This document shows, piece after piece, positions 34,299-43,043 of a DNA stretch of 64,000 bases. The translations under genes were made by a program, and so were the position numbers. Below the pieces are notes generated by a model. It saw only the letters and a program-made list of their open reading frames with translations. It ran no database searches and was not told the origin of the DNA. The stretch comes from a virus: the IMG/VR virus record IMGVR_UViG_3300045988_174823; one strand, given 5' to 3'. The first letter of the stretch is position 1, and each line of letters starts with the position of its first letter.

Positions 34299-35183
34299 TT
34301 ACCAGTTTTGAAGTTCGTACTCTTCGAAGCGGGCTTCGTAGTCCTCCAAGCCGAGTTCACGTAATTGAACGTTGGCGGTGCTGATGGCAGTCGTCATCCG
34401 TCTTACGCCGGACCCGTACCTTACCATCGCCTCTTTAAGCGATTTTAGGCGGTCGTCCAACAGCAGTAGCCCCATCCACGCATATCGGACGAACTGCGGT
34501 CCCACCTCTTCGCACGAAAACCGCCCTTGATTCTCGACTGCGGTCACCAGCGTGGGTTCGTCGTTGCCGGTAACGCCACGATAGATGTGAAAAGTCAACG
34601 CCGATCGCTGGTCGATTTTACCTTCTGCGTCCACCAACCCAAACGTTACGGAGTTCTCGCTATACCGCGCCACACGCCAGTCGGCGCAGTTACGGTTCTT
34701 TTCCAGGAACTCAACCAAATCGCGGGAGAAATTATTCGTTAACTCCTCGACGGCGGCGTGATAGGTGTTAATCTTTTCACGCAGGGCTTCGTGTTCGCTC
34801 TTTCCGGCGTCGGTGGAAAGATAGCAGTGCTGGGTGTAGAAACGGAACCATTCCAGGCGAGCGTCGCGGAACAGCGACTCCATATCGTTCAGGTATTTGA
34901 CCATTTCGCGCTTTGATTTCTGGTACTCACCCACCCGGAACGAATTACCACCCATCGACTGGAATGCCAGATCGTACGCCTTTTGAGCCTCGAACGTAGG
35001 TTCGGGGTTGATGCCGGTACGACGGGCCTCAGCTTCGGTCCAGTCCTCGCGACGTTTGAAGACCTCGATGATAGCGTCCATGACGGCCTCCTTGGTTCTG
35101 AATTGGTTGATACGATACGTTTTCATCGTGCTATTTGGTTTTGCGGTTTTGACTATTTTATTCAGTGATGATTTCAGCGCCAT
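34299..35183 (-). CDS. hypothetical protein
   Basis: 294-aa ORF with an ATG start. Confidence 0.55.
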   Translation of the reverse strand: MALKSSLNKIVKTAKPNSTMKTYRINQFRTKEAVMDAIIEVFKRREDWTEAEARRTGINPEPTFEAQKAYDLAFQSMGGNSFRVGEYQKSKREMVKYLNDMESLFRDARLEWFRFYTQHCYLSTDAGKSEHEALREKINTYHAAVEELTNNFSRDLVEFLEKNRNCADWRVARYSENSVTFGLVDAEGKIDQRSALTFHIYRGVTGNDEPTLVTAVENQGRFSCEEVGPQFVRYAWMGLLLLDDRLKSLKEAMVRYGSGVRRMTTAISTANVQLRELGLEDYEARFEEYELQNW

Positions 35184-35775
35184 ATTTACCTACCAACTTG
35201 GCAGCCAGCGGAGCTGTCTTAGCGAATTCCGCAATAGCCTCCTGTGTGGTCGGCATTTTGGCTGACGAAATAATCACACGGCCAAGGTAGTCGCCGCCTT
35301 CGGTGTTAAACTGGAAGAGCCATTGTTTAGGCTCGCCACCCGATATGCGGCGAACGTAGTCAGCAGCCGATTCCTCGTTCTTGGGTTCTTCAGGCTGGAT
35401 AGGCGCCTTGGCCCACTCCATCCACGCCTTATTCCACGCCGAGCGAACGAACAACATATCACCGCTACCATCACCCCACCAATCGTTACAGTGCGAAAGG
35501 TGAGCGCCAATCTGGTTACGGTTAGCGGTGCAGAGTTTCTTGTAAATTGAGCGGAACATCGTCGATACCGCACGCCCAGCGAAATGACCACCTTCGCGAG
35601 CGTCGTTGGTACAATACCCCCAAGCGCCAACGGTTTCTACCTTACCCTCTTCGTTGAGGAACTCAGTTTCGGTATCGCCCCAGGCTCCAAACAAGAAGGT
35701 ATCTTTCAGGAGCTGCTGTTCTTCGGAGGTCAGGACCTTCACGATTTCGCGGATGGTTTCAACGGTTGCTTTCAT
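35158..35775 (-). CDS. hypothetical protein
   Basis: 205-aa ORF with its ATG at 35775, preceded by promoter-like repeat P3. Confidence 0.55.
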   Translation of the reverse strand: MKATVETIREIVKVLTSEEQQLLKDTFLFGAWGDTETEFLNEEGKVETVGAWGYCTNDAREGGHFAGRAVSTMFRSIYKKLCTANRNQIGAHLSHCNDWWGDGSGDMLFVRSAWNKAWMEWAKAPIQPEEPKNEESAADYVRRISGGEPKQWLFQFNTEGGDYLGRVIISSAKMPTTQEAIAEFAKTAPLAAKLVGKYGAEIITE

Positions 35776-35799
35776 AGTTTACGAGTGTTTTAGTTTAAC

Positions 35800-35889
35800 T
35801 TTTCCAAGAGCGAAGGTACGGCGAATTTCCCAAACCGCCAAGAGAATCTTGAAAATTTTTCTATTTTTACGAAGATTTTTCCAAGACCC
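35800..35889 (-). promoter_or_regulatory. promoter-like repeat, copy P3
   Basis: Plus strand reads TTTTCCAAGAGCGAAGGTACGGCGAATTTCCCAAACCGCCAAGAGAATCTTGAAAATTTTTC...TTTTTCCAAGACCC. The sense-strand TACCTTCG box (35818-35811) lies 36 nt upstream of the ATG at 35775. Confidence 0.5.
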
Positions 35890-35952
35890 TCGTTCTATCA
35901 ACACCAGAAGGCGTATAACGTCATCGCCAATAACGCCAATACTACCGACCAA

Positions 35953-35997
35953 GCCATAAAATAAAGGAGGTTGGCGACCACACGGACCACCAACCTC
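35953..35997 (-). terminator. Rho-independent terminator after ORF 36026-36409
   Basis: Perfect 8-bp stem GAGGTTGG/CCAACCTC (35967-74/35990-97) followed on the sense strand by CTTTATTTTAT. Confidence 0.65.
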
Positions 35998-36025
35998 AGT
36001 ATATACGTCAACAATTTCATCGCGT

Positions 36026-36409
36026 TCAATTCTTATAAGCATCCATCAATTTATCAAACGCACGAATTCGCGGTTCAATTTCGCGCCATGGCCACCAATA
36101 GTCCTCGCCGTCTATTTGAGTACCGCCAAGAAATTCGGGGTTAAACTCTGGTATCACCAAACGGAGCCACACAGGGTTGTAGAGCGGCTTTCCATACACA
36201 AATTGTCTAACGGCGTACCCCTTACCCTCATCGCGCAAGATATCGGCCAGCTGAAGGGTCAATTCTTCCGACTGCCACGCCGTATCATGGAACGCTACAC
36301 ACATTCCCAGACCGCTGTGAGGCGAAACGTGTTTCGACTTTTCAAAATAGTCTTTTCGCGCTGCCATAATCCAACGTGCAATAACGGTTCGTTTTTCGGT
36401 GATAGTCAT
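36026..36409 (-). CDS. hypothetical protein
   Basis: 127-aa ORF. Confidence 0.5.
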   Translation of the reverse strand: MTITEKRTVIARWIMAARKDYFEKSKHVSPHSGLGMCVAFHDTAWQSEELTLQLADILRDEGKGYAVRQFVYGKPLYNPVWLRLVIPEFNPEFLGGTQIDGEDYWWPWREIEPRIRAFDKLMDAYKN

Positions 36410-36843
36410 GGTTTAAACAGCATTTTGTTACACTTAGGACAGCGGAGTAGCACCTTGGGGAGGTAGCGTTGTTCGAGTGCTCCGCGTATGAATATCCGCA
36501 CCTGGTCGTGAGTTAGCACAATTCGTTCGCCACACTCACACGTCAGCGTCACCTCAACGGTGTATTTACCTTCACCAGGCTCTTCATCCAAGAACAGACG
36601 GTCGGGAAACTGGCGGAACTCCAGTACACCGTTGGCGTTGCGTGTCCACGAATTACAGCGTTCTTTACCAAACCCCATATCCATCGTGAATGCGTACCCC
36701 TTAGTGTTGGCCAGGAATTCGGGTGTCAGATAGATCTTAACGTCGTGCGGACGCTCAGGGTCGCCGCTGGGTAAGGTGTAACACCCGTAACGGCGCATTT
36801 CGTCACTAAGTCGCGGGTCGTCGTAGTTGCGTTCTTGGTCCAT
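36406..36843 (-). CDS. hypothetical Zn-ribbon-containing protein
   Basis: 145 aa with CECGERIV ... RCPKCNK. Confidence 0.5.
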   Translation of the reverse strand: MDQERNYDDPRLSDEMRRYGCYTLPSGDPERPHDVKIYLTPEFLANTKGYAFTMDMGFGKERCNSWTRNANGVLEFRQFPDRLFLDEEPGEGKYTVEVTLTCECGERIVLTHDQVRIFIRGALEQRYLPKVLLRCPKCNKMLFKP

Positions 36844-36858
36844 ATCGTTTACGAGATT

Positions 36859-37419
36859 TCAGTTAAACAACGTTCCGTTGGCGTATTTCATCACCCAGGC
36901 AGTAGATTCTAACAGATAATCACCTTCCTTAGCCATATCCACCAGCCGCCAATATTGAGGAAATACGCGACCCGTAGGATCTTCTCCGGTAGCGGAGTTG
37001 TAACGTACTTCCATCCGGGTAGTACGAAAATCGCGGAACCCTAACCGCGCAGCACGAAAATGGTGTTCGTCCTCAGGACTGGTAAGGGTTACGGCGATAG
37101 CGTCACACAGCGGCGCCACTTTTAACAACCCCTCTACGTCAGGAAACCCCGTGAAGAGTTTAACACGCACGTTGGCGTTGGCGGAACGGAGTTCGGTGAT
37201 GACGTCAATAACGCGTTGAGGGTAGTTCATCGGTTCACCACCGATAATCTGTACCACCGTGAAGGAATCGCCCAGAGCGCGGCCAGTTGAAACACAAACC
37301 TTACCCTGCTTGGCCCACAGCTCACGCGCTGTGGATAATACTCGCACACCGTAAGCGTCAACGGGCAGTTCATCCACTATCAGGCGACATATGCGTCCTT
37401 TGTAATCCATCACTATCAC
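36859..37419 (-). CDS. NrdG/radical-SAM-activase-like protein lacking the CxxxCxxC cluster
   Basis: VVQIIGGEPMNYPQRVIDVITELRSANANVRVKLFTGF parallels the T4 NrdG GLTLTGGDPLYPQN...IWLWTGY region. The N-terminal Cys triad is absent. Confidence 0.3.
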   Translation of the reverse strand: MIVMDYKGRICRLIVDELPVDAYGVRVLSTARELWAKQGKVCVSTGRALGDSFTVVQIIGGEPMNYPQRVIDVITELRSANANVRVKLFTGFPDVEGLLKVAPLCDAIAVTLTSPEDEHHFRAARLGFRDFRTTRMEVRYNSATGEDPTGRVFPQYWRLVDMAKEGDYLLESTAWVMKYANGTLFN

Positions 37420-37901
37420 TATCGGTTTTTAGTGTGTTGAAGAACACGACCTGTTTCTTCTGGCGTTTTATCCAGCCCCCGATTATAGGGTGCGTCGGCG
37501 ATTTCACTGAACGGATACGGTACAGGCATCGTGTTGAGTTCGGCACGCGATGAGGGCGTTCTCCAAGCGCGTGAATAGCGACCTCTCAGCTGTTTAAGTA
37601 ACGATGGCGGAATCATATCCTTTGGCGGTTCGTAAGCTGGTACGAGCAGGGTTTCGGGTTCGGGCTTAGGCGACGAGGGGTGCTTAATGCCCCTATCCGT
37701 GTTGGCGGTGCCGATTTTAGCCTCTTTCCCGCGAAAACGGCGTAAACCCCTCCGCGATGCCGTAGAACGAACTGTAGAGATCGCCAATCCCCATTTAGCA
37801 CAAAACGCTTCTACATCCATAGTGGCGTAGTTTTCTACGAGTTCCTTTAAAGCCTCACTCCCCTCACACAGCACAGCGTGTTTATCACGTAAATTAGCCA
37901 T
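37419..37901 (-). CDS. hypothetical protein (possible HTH)
   Basis: 160-aa ORF. WGLAISTVRSTASRRGL is HTH-like. Confidence 0.4.
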   Translation of the reverse strand: MANLRDKHAVLCEGSEALKELVENYATMDVEAFCAKWGLAISTVRSTASRRGLRRFRGKEAKIGTANTDRGIKHPSSPKPEPETLLVPAYEPPKDMIPPSLLKQLRGRYSRAWRTPSSRAELNTMPVPYPFSEIADAPYNRGLDKTPEETGRVLQHTKNR

Positions 37902-37902
37902 A

Positions 37903-38160
37903 TCACAGATAGGTTAAGGTGGTGGTGTATTTAGCCCGTTCTTCGTTCAGTAGGGCCAACAGCCGATCCTCGCTACGCGACGAAGAACCTTCGTAATGGT
38001 ATTCTTCCAACACGAGTTCTACTTCGGCGTCGTTGTGAACCGGATAACCGCGTCTTCGTGCTATCAACTGGCGTTCGGTCTTGGTGCGTTGGCGACGGAC
38101 ATCCTCAATTTGACGGATTATTTCGTCCTTAGTCATCACCGCGTCAGTTTTAACATCCAA
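37903..38160 (-). CDS. hypothetical protein
   Basis: 85-aa ORF. Confidence 0.45.
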   Translation of the reverse strand: MDVKTDAVMTKDEIIRQIEDVRRQRTKTERQLIARRRGYPVHNDAEVELVLEEYHYEGSSSRSEDRLLALLNEERAKYTTTLTYL

Positions 38161-38465
38161 TCGCGGAACTGGTACGGCGCACGCGGTTCGCGTTCTATCA
38201 GCTGGCCTGTACGTAGGTTACGAAGATGATAGGTCGGAAATTCGTCTTCGGTATCGCCGCCAACGATAAGGCACGTGTCTTCGCCCTTACCGGCAGCGTC
38301 GTACATTTCATCCAACAACCCAATAGGGTCGTCGTTAGCTTCGTCGTACACTACGCCGTACAACTCACGAAATTCTTCCTCGGTGAAGTCCACGCCAGTG
38401 TAGGCGGCTATCTCGACCCACGTCTTCACCTTTACGCGGGTGCCGATACGGTACAGCGGATTCAT
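38136..38465 (-). CDS. hypothetical protein
   Basis: 109-aa ORF. Confidence 0.5.
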   Translation of the reverse strand: MNPLYRIGTRVKVKTWVEIAAYTGVDFTEEEFRELYGVVYDEANDDPIGLLDEMYDAAGKGEDTCLIVGGDTEDEFPTYHLRNLRTGQLIEREPRAPYQFRDWMLKLTR

Positions 38466-38623
38466 TTCTGTGCTTGATTGGTGTAATATGCCATTTGTTT
38501 TACGATTTAAGTTCTACAATCTTACGGCGTCGGCCAAATAGGCTTCAGCTCCGGTAGCGTTGGGCGTTTCAGCGCCCCACCCAGCGGCATACGCAGCAGC
38601 AATAAGAACTTCGGGAGTCATAG

Positions 38624-38815
38624 CTACCTACGATTTAAGTATTCGATAACACGATCTATCGCATACGCGCCATACCCGATAACGAGCATCCCGAATAGTT
38701 TCACCAGCCCGTCGCCGTACCAAATCAAGTTGATACCCACAAACGCTATCACAGTGACGATTATTACTAACATCCAAACGGCGCGCTCTTCCTGCTGTTT
38801 ACGATTCTTGTTCAT
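38624..38815 (-). CDS. small membrane protein (two TM helices)
   Basis: The ATG at 38815 (MNKNRKQQEERAVWMLVIIVTVIAFVGINLIWYG...) follows the upstream stop by 1 nt. The track ORF start at 38950 overlaps the upstream gene. Confidence 0.45.
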   Translation of the reverse strand: MNKNRKQQEERAVWMLVIIVTVIAFVGINLIWYGDGLVKLFGMLVIGYGAYAIDRVIEYLNRR

Positions 38816-38816
38816 T

Positions 38817-39071
38817 TTACAGAGTCTTGAGGAGATTTTCGATAGCCTCACGACGCGTTGCGCCGTAAGCGGGGATATTGGTGTTACCTTGTGCGTCGAT
38901 GATTTCAGCAGCCGACCAACGGAGTTCGTAGTTACCGCGCAGCCCCTCATCGCGAGCCCAAGAGCGGCACAGCCCCGTATTATCGTCTTCGTAAACTACT
39001 TCGTCGCGGACCAGAACCTGGCACAGAACCTCAACTTCGAATTTTACAGTCTTTTTTACAATCGCCTTCAT
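38817..39071 (-). CDS. hypothetical protein
   Basis: The ATG at 39071 is preferred over 39092. It places the conserved TACCTTCG box 32 nt upstream, as in the other three repeat copies. Confidence 0.45.
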   Translation of the reverse strand: MKAIVKKTVKFEVEVLCQVLVRDEVVYEDDNTGLCRSWARDEGLRGNYELRWSAAEIIDAQGNTNIPAYGATRREAIENLLKTL

Positions 39072-39091
39072 AGCTTTAGAGTTTAGTTTCA

Positions 39092-39188
39092 TTTTCCAAG
39101 AGCGAAGGTAGTGTAAATCTCCAAGACTTCAAAGAGAATCGCGAAAAATCTTCCAAGAAAAGTGAATTATTTCGTAAATCGCCAACAG
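39092..39188 (-). promoter_or_regulatory. promoter-like repeat, copy P4
   Basis: Plus strand reads TTTTCCAAGAGCGAAGGTAGTGTAAATCTCCAAGACTTCAAAGAGAATCGCGAAAAATCTTCCAAGAAAAG...AAATCGCCAACAG. Confidence 0.5.
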
Positions 39189-39221
39189 AAACCCCCAGCG
39201 GACGAGTTGGTCCACCGGGGG
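39186..39221 (-). terminator. terminator-like imperfect hairpin after ORF 39242-39793
   Basis: CCCCCAGCGGAC / GTCCACCGGGGG (10 of 12 bp) followed on the sense strand by a weak TTTCTGTT tract. Confidence 0.35.
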
Positions 39222-39241
39222 CACAGATAATACAACGGTTG

Positions 39242-39793
39242 TTAGATGAATTTACGTGTTATCCACTGGATGTACTCCTTTCTCACTTTCAACCGTTCAT
39301 CGTCGCCGCGAAGACTATTTTGCTCACACACATACGACCGCTTGGCTATTTCGTAACACGTCATTTTATCCATTTGTTCCATCATCCACTGATACGCGTC
39401 GCCAAATTGTGCCGTTGACTCAATACCTGTAATATGTCCCACGGGATGTTCCGTACTTATATGCACTACCAACGGGAATTGGCGCATATCTTGACGCTTT
39501 AGGTATAGCCTAATAAAAGCCGGATACGTGCCACCAACGTTTGGCGGTGCTCCTGGAATATATTCCGCATATACGCCGTTAGATAACGCTACGCGGTTAT
39601 GGTAGTACGCATTCAGAGCACGCTTAGTAATACGATTCACCACTTCGTCAAAATCCATCGTATTAACGTCAACGGTTTCGAGTCCTACCAGTTGGCGCAC
39701 CTTAAACAACGACGGACGGTATTCATACCACATCGCAATTAATATAACCACGATACATACCGCTGCGGCGAAAAGTGTCGATTTGTCGTCCAT
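39242..39793 (-). CDS. hypothetical membrane-anchored protein
   Basis: 183 aa with an N-terminal TM segment LFAAAVCIVVILIAMWY. Confidence 0.5.
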   Translation of the reverse strand: MDDKSTLFAAAVCIVVILIAMWYEYRPSLFKVRQLVGLETVDVNTMDFDEVVNRITKRALNAYYHNRVALSNGVYAEYIPGAPPNVGGTYPAFIRLYLKRQDMRQFPLVVHISTEHPVGHITGIESTAQFGDAYQWMMEQMDKMTCYEIAKRSYVCEQNSLRGDDERLKVRKEYIQWITRKFI

Positions 39794-39811
39794 AGTGCTC
39801 TTGAATTTTCG

Positions 39812-40384
39812 TTATCGCTCAGCGAACGTTACCTTGTACCACCCCGCTCCCGCCACGGCCACAAATCGCACGTTACGGTCTCTTTCGTCAAGGGAGATAT
39901 ACACCGCTGCTGACGTGTTGGCGAACGCCGGAACTACACCTGTCTCGCGGGACGACGCTACGGCAGCTATTTCTGTCGCGGTCATCTTCTCCACCGTGGT
40001 GTCAGGGCGAACGTCAAAACCCAGCGAACGGATGGCGCCCATCACGTAGTCTGAAACCTCAACGCGCGTCTGCAGCGTGCTCATCATATTTTCGAAGTCG
40101 CGTCGAAATTCGCCAAACGAACGCACCTTGGTGGTGGTAGTTACAGGCTTCCCTACCACGTCGTCGCCAACGAATATCAGGTTACGAGTATGCTCGGCCC
40201 AGCCGTTGGCGACGGATACTACCTTTGAGGCCTGCCAACCGATGGTTTCGGCCTTTTGAGTGACATACGACGCACGCTCTTCCAGTTCGCGCGGAAGATT
40301 TACCAACACGCACGCTTCCTCGTTGCTAATGAGCTCGATGGGCTGGCCATTCCAGCGCTGCTTGAATTCTTGAATTTCCATCAC
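39812..40384 (-). CDS. hypothetical protein
   Basis: 190-aa ORF. Confidence 0.5.
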   Translation of the reverse strand: MMEIQEFKQRWNGQPIELISNEEACVLVNLPRELEERASYVTQKAETIGWQASKVVSVANGWAEHTRNLIFVGDDVVGKPVTTTTKVRSFGEFRRDFENMMSTLQTRVEVSDYVMGAIRSLGFDVRPDTTVEKMTATEIAAVASSRETGVVPAFANTSAAVYISLDERDRNVRFVAVAGAGWYKVTFAER

Positions 40385-41619
40385 TTCTTGAATTTAGATT
40401 TTTGTTTTTTGTTGAATTTGTGTTGCGGTACGCGTCCCTCTTCACGTGTTAGTTCGTGGTCCTCGTCCGGCGTTTTATTAAACTTTGAACGCCAAAAATC
40501 AACCTCGGCCTCTGCTCGGTGTTTAGGCCCTTCCAAGGTCTCACGCTGCTTGGCGATACGCTGAAGGAAGAGCTGTTTTATGGCTTCGCTGGAAGTACGT
40601 TCTTCGTCAGTCAGGGGCTGTGCCTTAACGTCCTCAACCTCATCGATGCCATTAACAGCGTGGTTGTGCTGAATACGGTTGAAATCGTAGTTCATCGACG
40701 ATGGATATTCCATCTCGGCTTGGGGGTCGTATTCGTCGTTTGTAGGCATGAATTTAGCGTAATACGAGTTATGCAACCCGGCTACCAGTTTAGCCAGATC
40801 CCAGTTCATACGTGCAGCCACACGGCCAAGGATTATCTCCTTGAGGTTTACCGATTTGTAGATGGTTTGCTGGATGTGGAGGCGAATCTCTGTTTCGACG
40901 TTGACGTCTATGGCGCCGTTAATGAATATCTGGTCACCTTCGGCCTCTTTACGTATCTGTTCCAGAGTGCGTAGCATCGAATTATAGGCGTCGTTCGAGC
41001 GGAGGGCCTTGTAGCGCATTTTCATCTGGGTGTACATCCAGCTGAGTTCCTCCAACCGCGGACGCTTCGAGTACAGGCGCACATCCTGGACGCGGTTACG
41101 GAATTCCTCGCGACGTTTTTCAATATCGTTAATAAACCGCTTCAACACGTCCTGGACGTAGTTCAGTTCTACCTCTATTTCACGACTTTCAGCCAATATA
41201 CGGACTACCTCCCGCGGGGTGAACATCTTCCCCAAGAGTTCCTTTATATCCTCTACCAGCGTCACGTCGCTCATATGAAGCGATTTGTGTTCTTCGCGCT
41301 CGGCCTGTTTACGCTTACGCGCCAATTCGAACGAACCCCGTGCCACGGCTAAGAGGCGGTTGGCCGTCACCTGGACCTTACGGCGTTCGGTGTACATTTC
41401 CAGAATTTCTTCGCGTTCGCTGGCAGAGAGGTGCTTAATAGTGTCGTGTAGCTTACGCGGGAACCACATCAGGTTGATTTCCGTACCGTCAGAAGCCAGC
41501 ACGTGAATACGTTTCAACGTGGCCGACTCTTTCATCACCAGATATTTCTTCCACGCCACTGTATCAACGATTTCCGGAGGCACCGGGGCGTTTAATATGT
41601 CCTTGAAGTCTTTTTCCAT
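40381..41619 (-). CDS. hypothetical protein
   Basis: 412-aa ORF with a charged C-terminal tail. No motif recognised. Confidence 0.55.
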   Translation of the reverse strand: MEKDFKDILNAPVPPEIVDTVAWKKYLVMKESATLKRIHVLASDGTEINLMWFPRKLHDTIKHLSASEREEILEMYTERRKVQVTANRLLAVARGSFELARKRKQAEREEHKSLHMSDVTLVEDIKELLGKMFTPREVVRILAESREIEVELNYVQDVLKRFINDIEKRREEFRNRVQDVRLYSKRPRLEELSWMYTQMKMRYKALRSNDAYNSMLRTLEQIRKEAEGDQIFINGAIDVNVETEIRLHIQQTIYKSVNLKEIILGRVAARMNWDLAKLVAGLHNSYYAKFMPTNDEYDPQAEMEYPSSMNYDFNRIQHNHAVNGIDEVEDVKAQPLTDEERTSSEAIKQLFLQRIAKQRETLEGPKHRAEAEVDFWRSKFNKTPDEDHELTREEGRVPQHKFNKKQKSKFKK

Positions 41620-41663
41620 TGCGTTGTACTGTATATGAGTCGTTGGAATAATAACTGTTGGCG

Positions 41664-42002
41664 CTATTCATCTACCATTGACGATGGTTGCGATGAACGA
41701 TCAACGTCGTTGTGGTATAGCGCTGGCGCCACTTCATTACGATAATCCACAAATGCCCAACGGTTGTGGTCGCCGCTGAGAGCGCCGAGTAATTCGCGAT
41801 CGCGCCAAATGTTGTTATGCACGGGAAACGGTTGGCGTTTCATACGTGTAGGAACTATGCCGTAAACGACAGTGTTACGTGCTATACCCTCACTGACCTT
41901 CACAGCGTCGGGAACCGTTAAGCGAAACGCCTGACCCGCGTCCTCTGGGTAGAGTACAGGGATCAGGAGTCCGTCGCGTGTTTTATAGATTTCGTATTTC
42001 AT
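41664..42002 (-). CDS. hypothetical protein
   Basis: 112-aa ORF. Confidence 0.5.
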   Translation of the reverse strand: MKYEIYKTRDGLLIPVLYPEDAGQAFRLTVPDAVKVSEGIARNTVVYGIVPTRMKRQPFPVHNNIWRDRELLGALSGDHNRWAFVDYRNEVAPALYHNDVDRSSQPSSMVDE

Positions 42003-42215
42003 CTATCGTACAGGTAAGCGGTCGCGTTTCGCTCGTTCCTTAAACAACAACCATCGTAAACGATTCGATATTTTAGCCAACTTCTCATCATCCAGCACAA
42101 CGCTTGGTTGGCGATCGATATACGTGTTCAATATTCCAACCAACGCTTCCAATTCGTCGATTTCCAATCTGATGTTGTTACGCGGCGTGTTATTCATAAC
42201 GTTCGTATTCGTCAA
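42003..42215 (-). CDS. hypothetical protein
   Basis: 70-aa ORF abutting the next gene. Confidence 0.45.
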   Translation of the reverse strand: MTNTNVMNNTPRNNIRLEIDELEALVGILNTYIDRQPSVVLDDEKLAKISNRLRWLLFKERAKRDRLPVR

Positions 42216-42498
42216 CCAGTTCTTCTGCTGTTAGGCGTACTTTTTTCTCATAGAACAACCGCCAACGCCAATAAGGTATATATGTATCAGGGTCAACAGG
42301 TACGCGCTGCCCACACTCAGGGCATGTCGTGAAGTCGTTGTCGTAACGCATGCCTGTGGGGACAATTTCGGCGTTAGTGAACAAGAGTTTCGCGCCACAC
42401 ATTTCACAACGTTTCTTATACACTGGATTTTGGAGATATTCTTTTCTGCGTTGTGATCTTTTATATCGTCTTGGATCTCCCTTTTTGAGTGTTATCAT
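42190..42498 (-). CDS. hypothetical Zn-ribbon protein
   Basis: 102 aa with CEMCGAKL ... CPECGQRV. Confidence 0.5.
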   Translation of the reverse strand: MITLKKGDPRRYKRSQRRKEYLQNPVYKKRCEMCGAKLLFTNAEIVPTGMRYDNDFTTCPECGQRVPVDPDTYIPYWRWRLFYEKKVRLTAEELVDEYERYE

Positions 42499-43043
42499 CG
42501 CTTACGATTCTTGTACATCAACCGTATATTCTGACCTGTCAAATCGGCAAATGCCTCTTTGGATACCTCGATGCAGTCGGCAGGTATTTTGGCGCGTCCC
42601 GATTCTACCATCCATTTTGATACGGCAAAACCTAATTTAGAGCCAACGATCTTGATATTGGCCTCTACCTTTAAACAACATCCGCCAAAATAGTCCGTAT
42701 AACCAACCAAGGCGTTAACCTCGTTACACCCCACACGCGGCAAGCGCTGAATACGTTCGTAAACCGCACGTCCCTCAGGTGTGCGGTCGGGACGATACAT
42801 ATTGGCCAACGGTGAACCGTCTCGCTGCCATCCTGGCGGTGGAGTGGTGGTGAATTCCACAGCACTGATTCCACCAGCCCAAAGCAATTTAGCTGGACGA
42901 TAGCTTACACCGCCAACACTCTTTACAAACGCTCGCGCGGCGTTAAGAGCTTGTATTCGTTTCCACGCCAACGAGAATATCTCGTCGTAGGTTTTGGTTC
43001 CAACGTCCGCGACGTAGTATTTCATCGCTTCTTTTTTTTTCAT
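42495..43043 (-). CDS. hypothetical protein
   Basis: 182-aa ORF. Confidence 0.5.
   Translation of the reverse strand: MKKKEAMKYYVADVGTKTYDEIFSLAWKRIQALNAARAFVKSVGGVSYRPAKLLWAGGISAVEFTTTPPPGWQRDGSPLANMYRPDRTPEGRAVYERIQRLPRVGCNEVNALVGYTDYFGGCCLKVEANIKIVGSKLGFAVSKWMVESGRAKIPADCIEVSKEAFADLTGQNIRLMYKNRKR

Noticed and set aside
35779-36042. 87-aa minus-strand ORF between 35775 and 36026
   Set aside because: It runs through a strong terminator hairpin (35967-35997) and the P3 promoter-like repeat. The same repeat is clearly non-coding at its other three loci.
38514-38621. 35-aa minus-strand ORF (MTPEVLIAAAYAAGWGAETPNATGAEAYLADAVRL) in the 158-nt gap 38466-38623
   Set aside because: Too short, and Ala/Gly-rich. 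It cannot be supported as coding without conservation or expression data. The gap may instead hold regulatory sequence, since it shares AATCGTAAAACAAA with the leader at 22013-22030.
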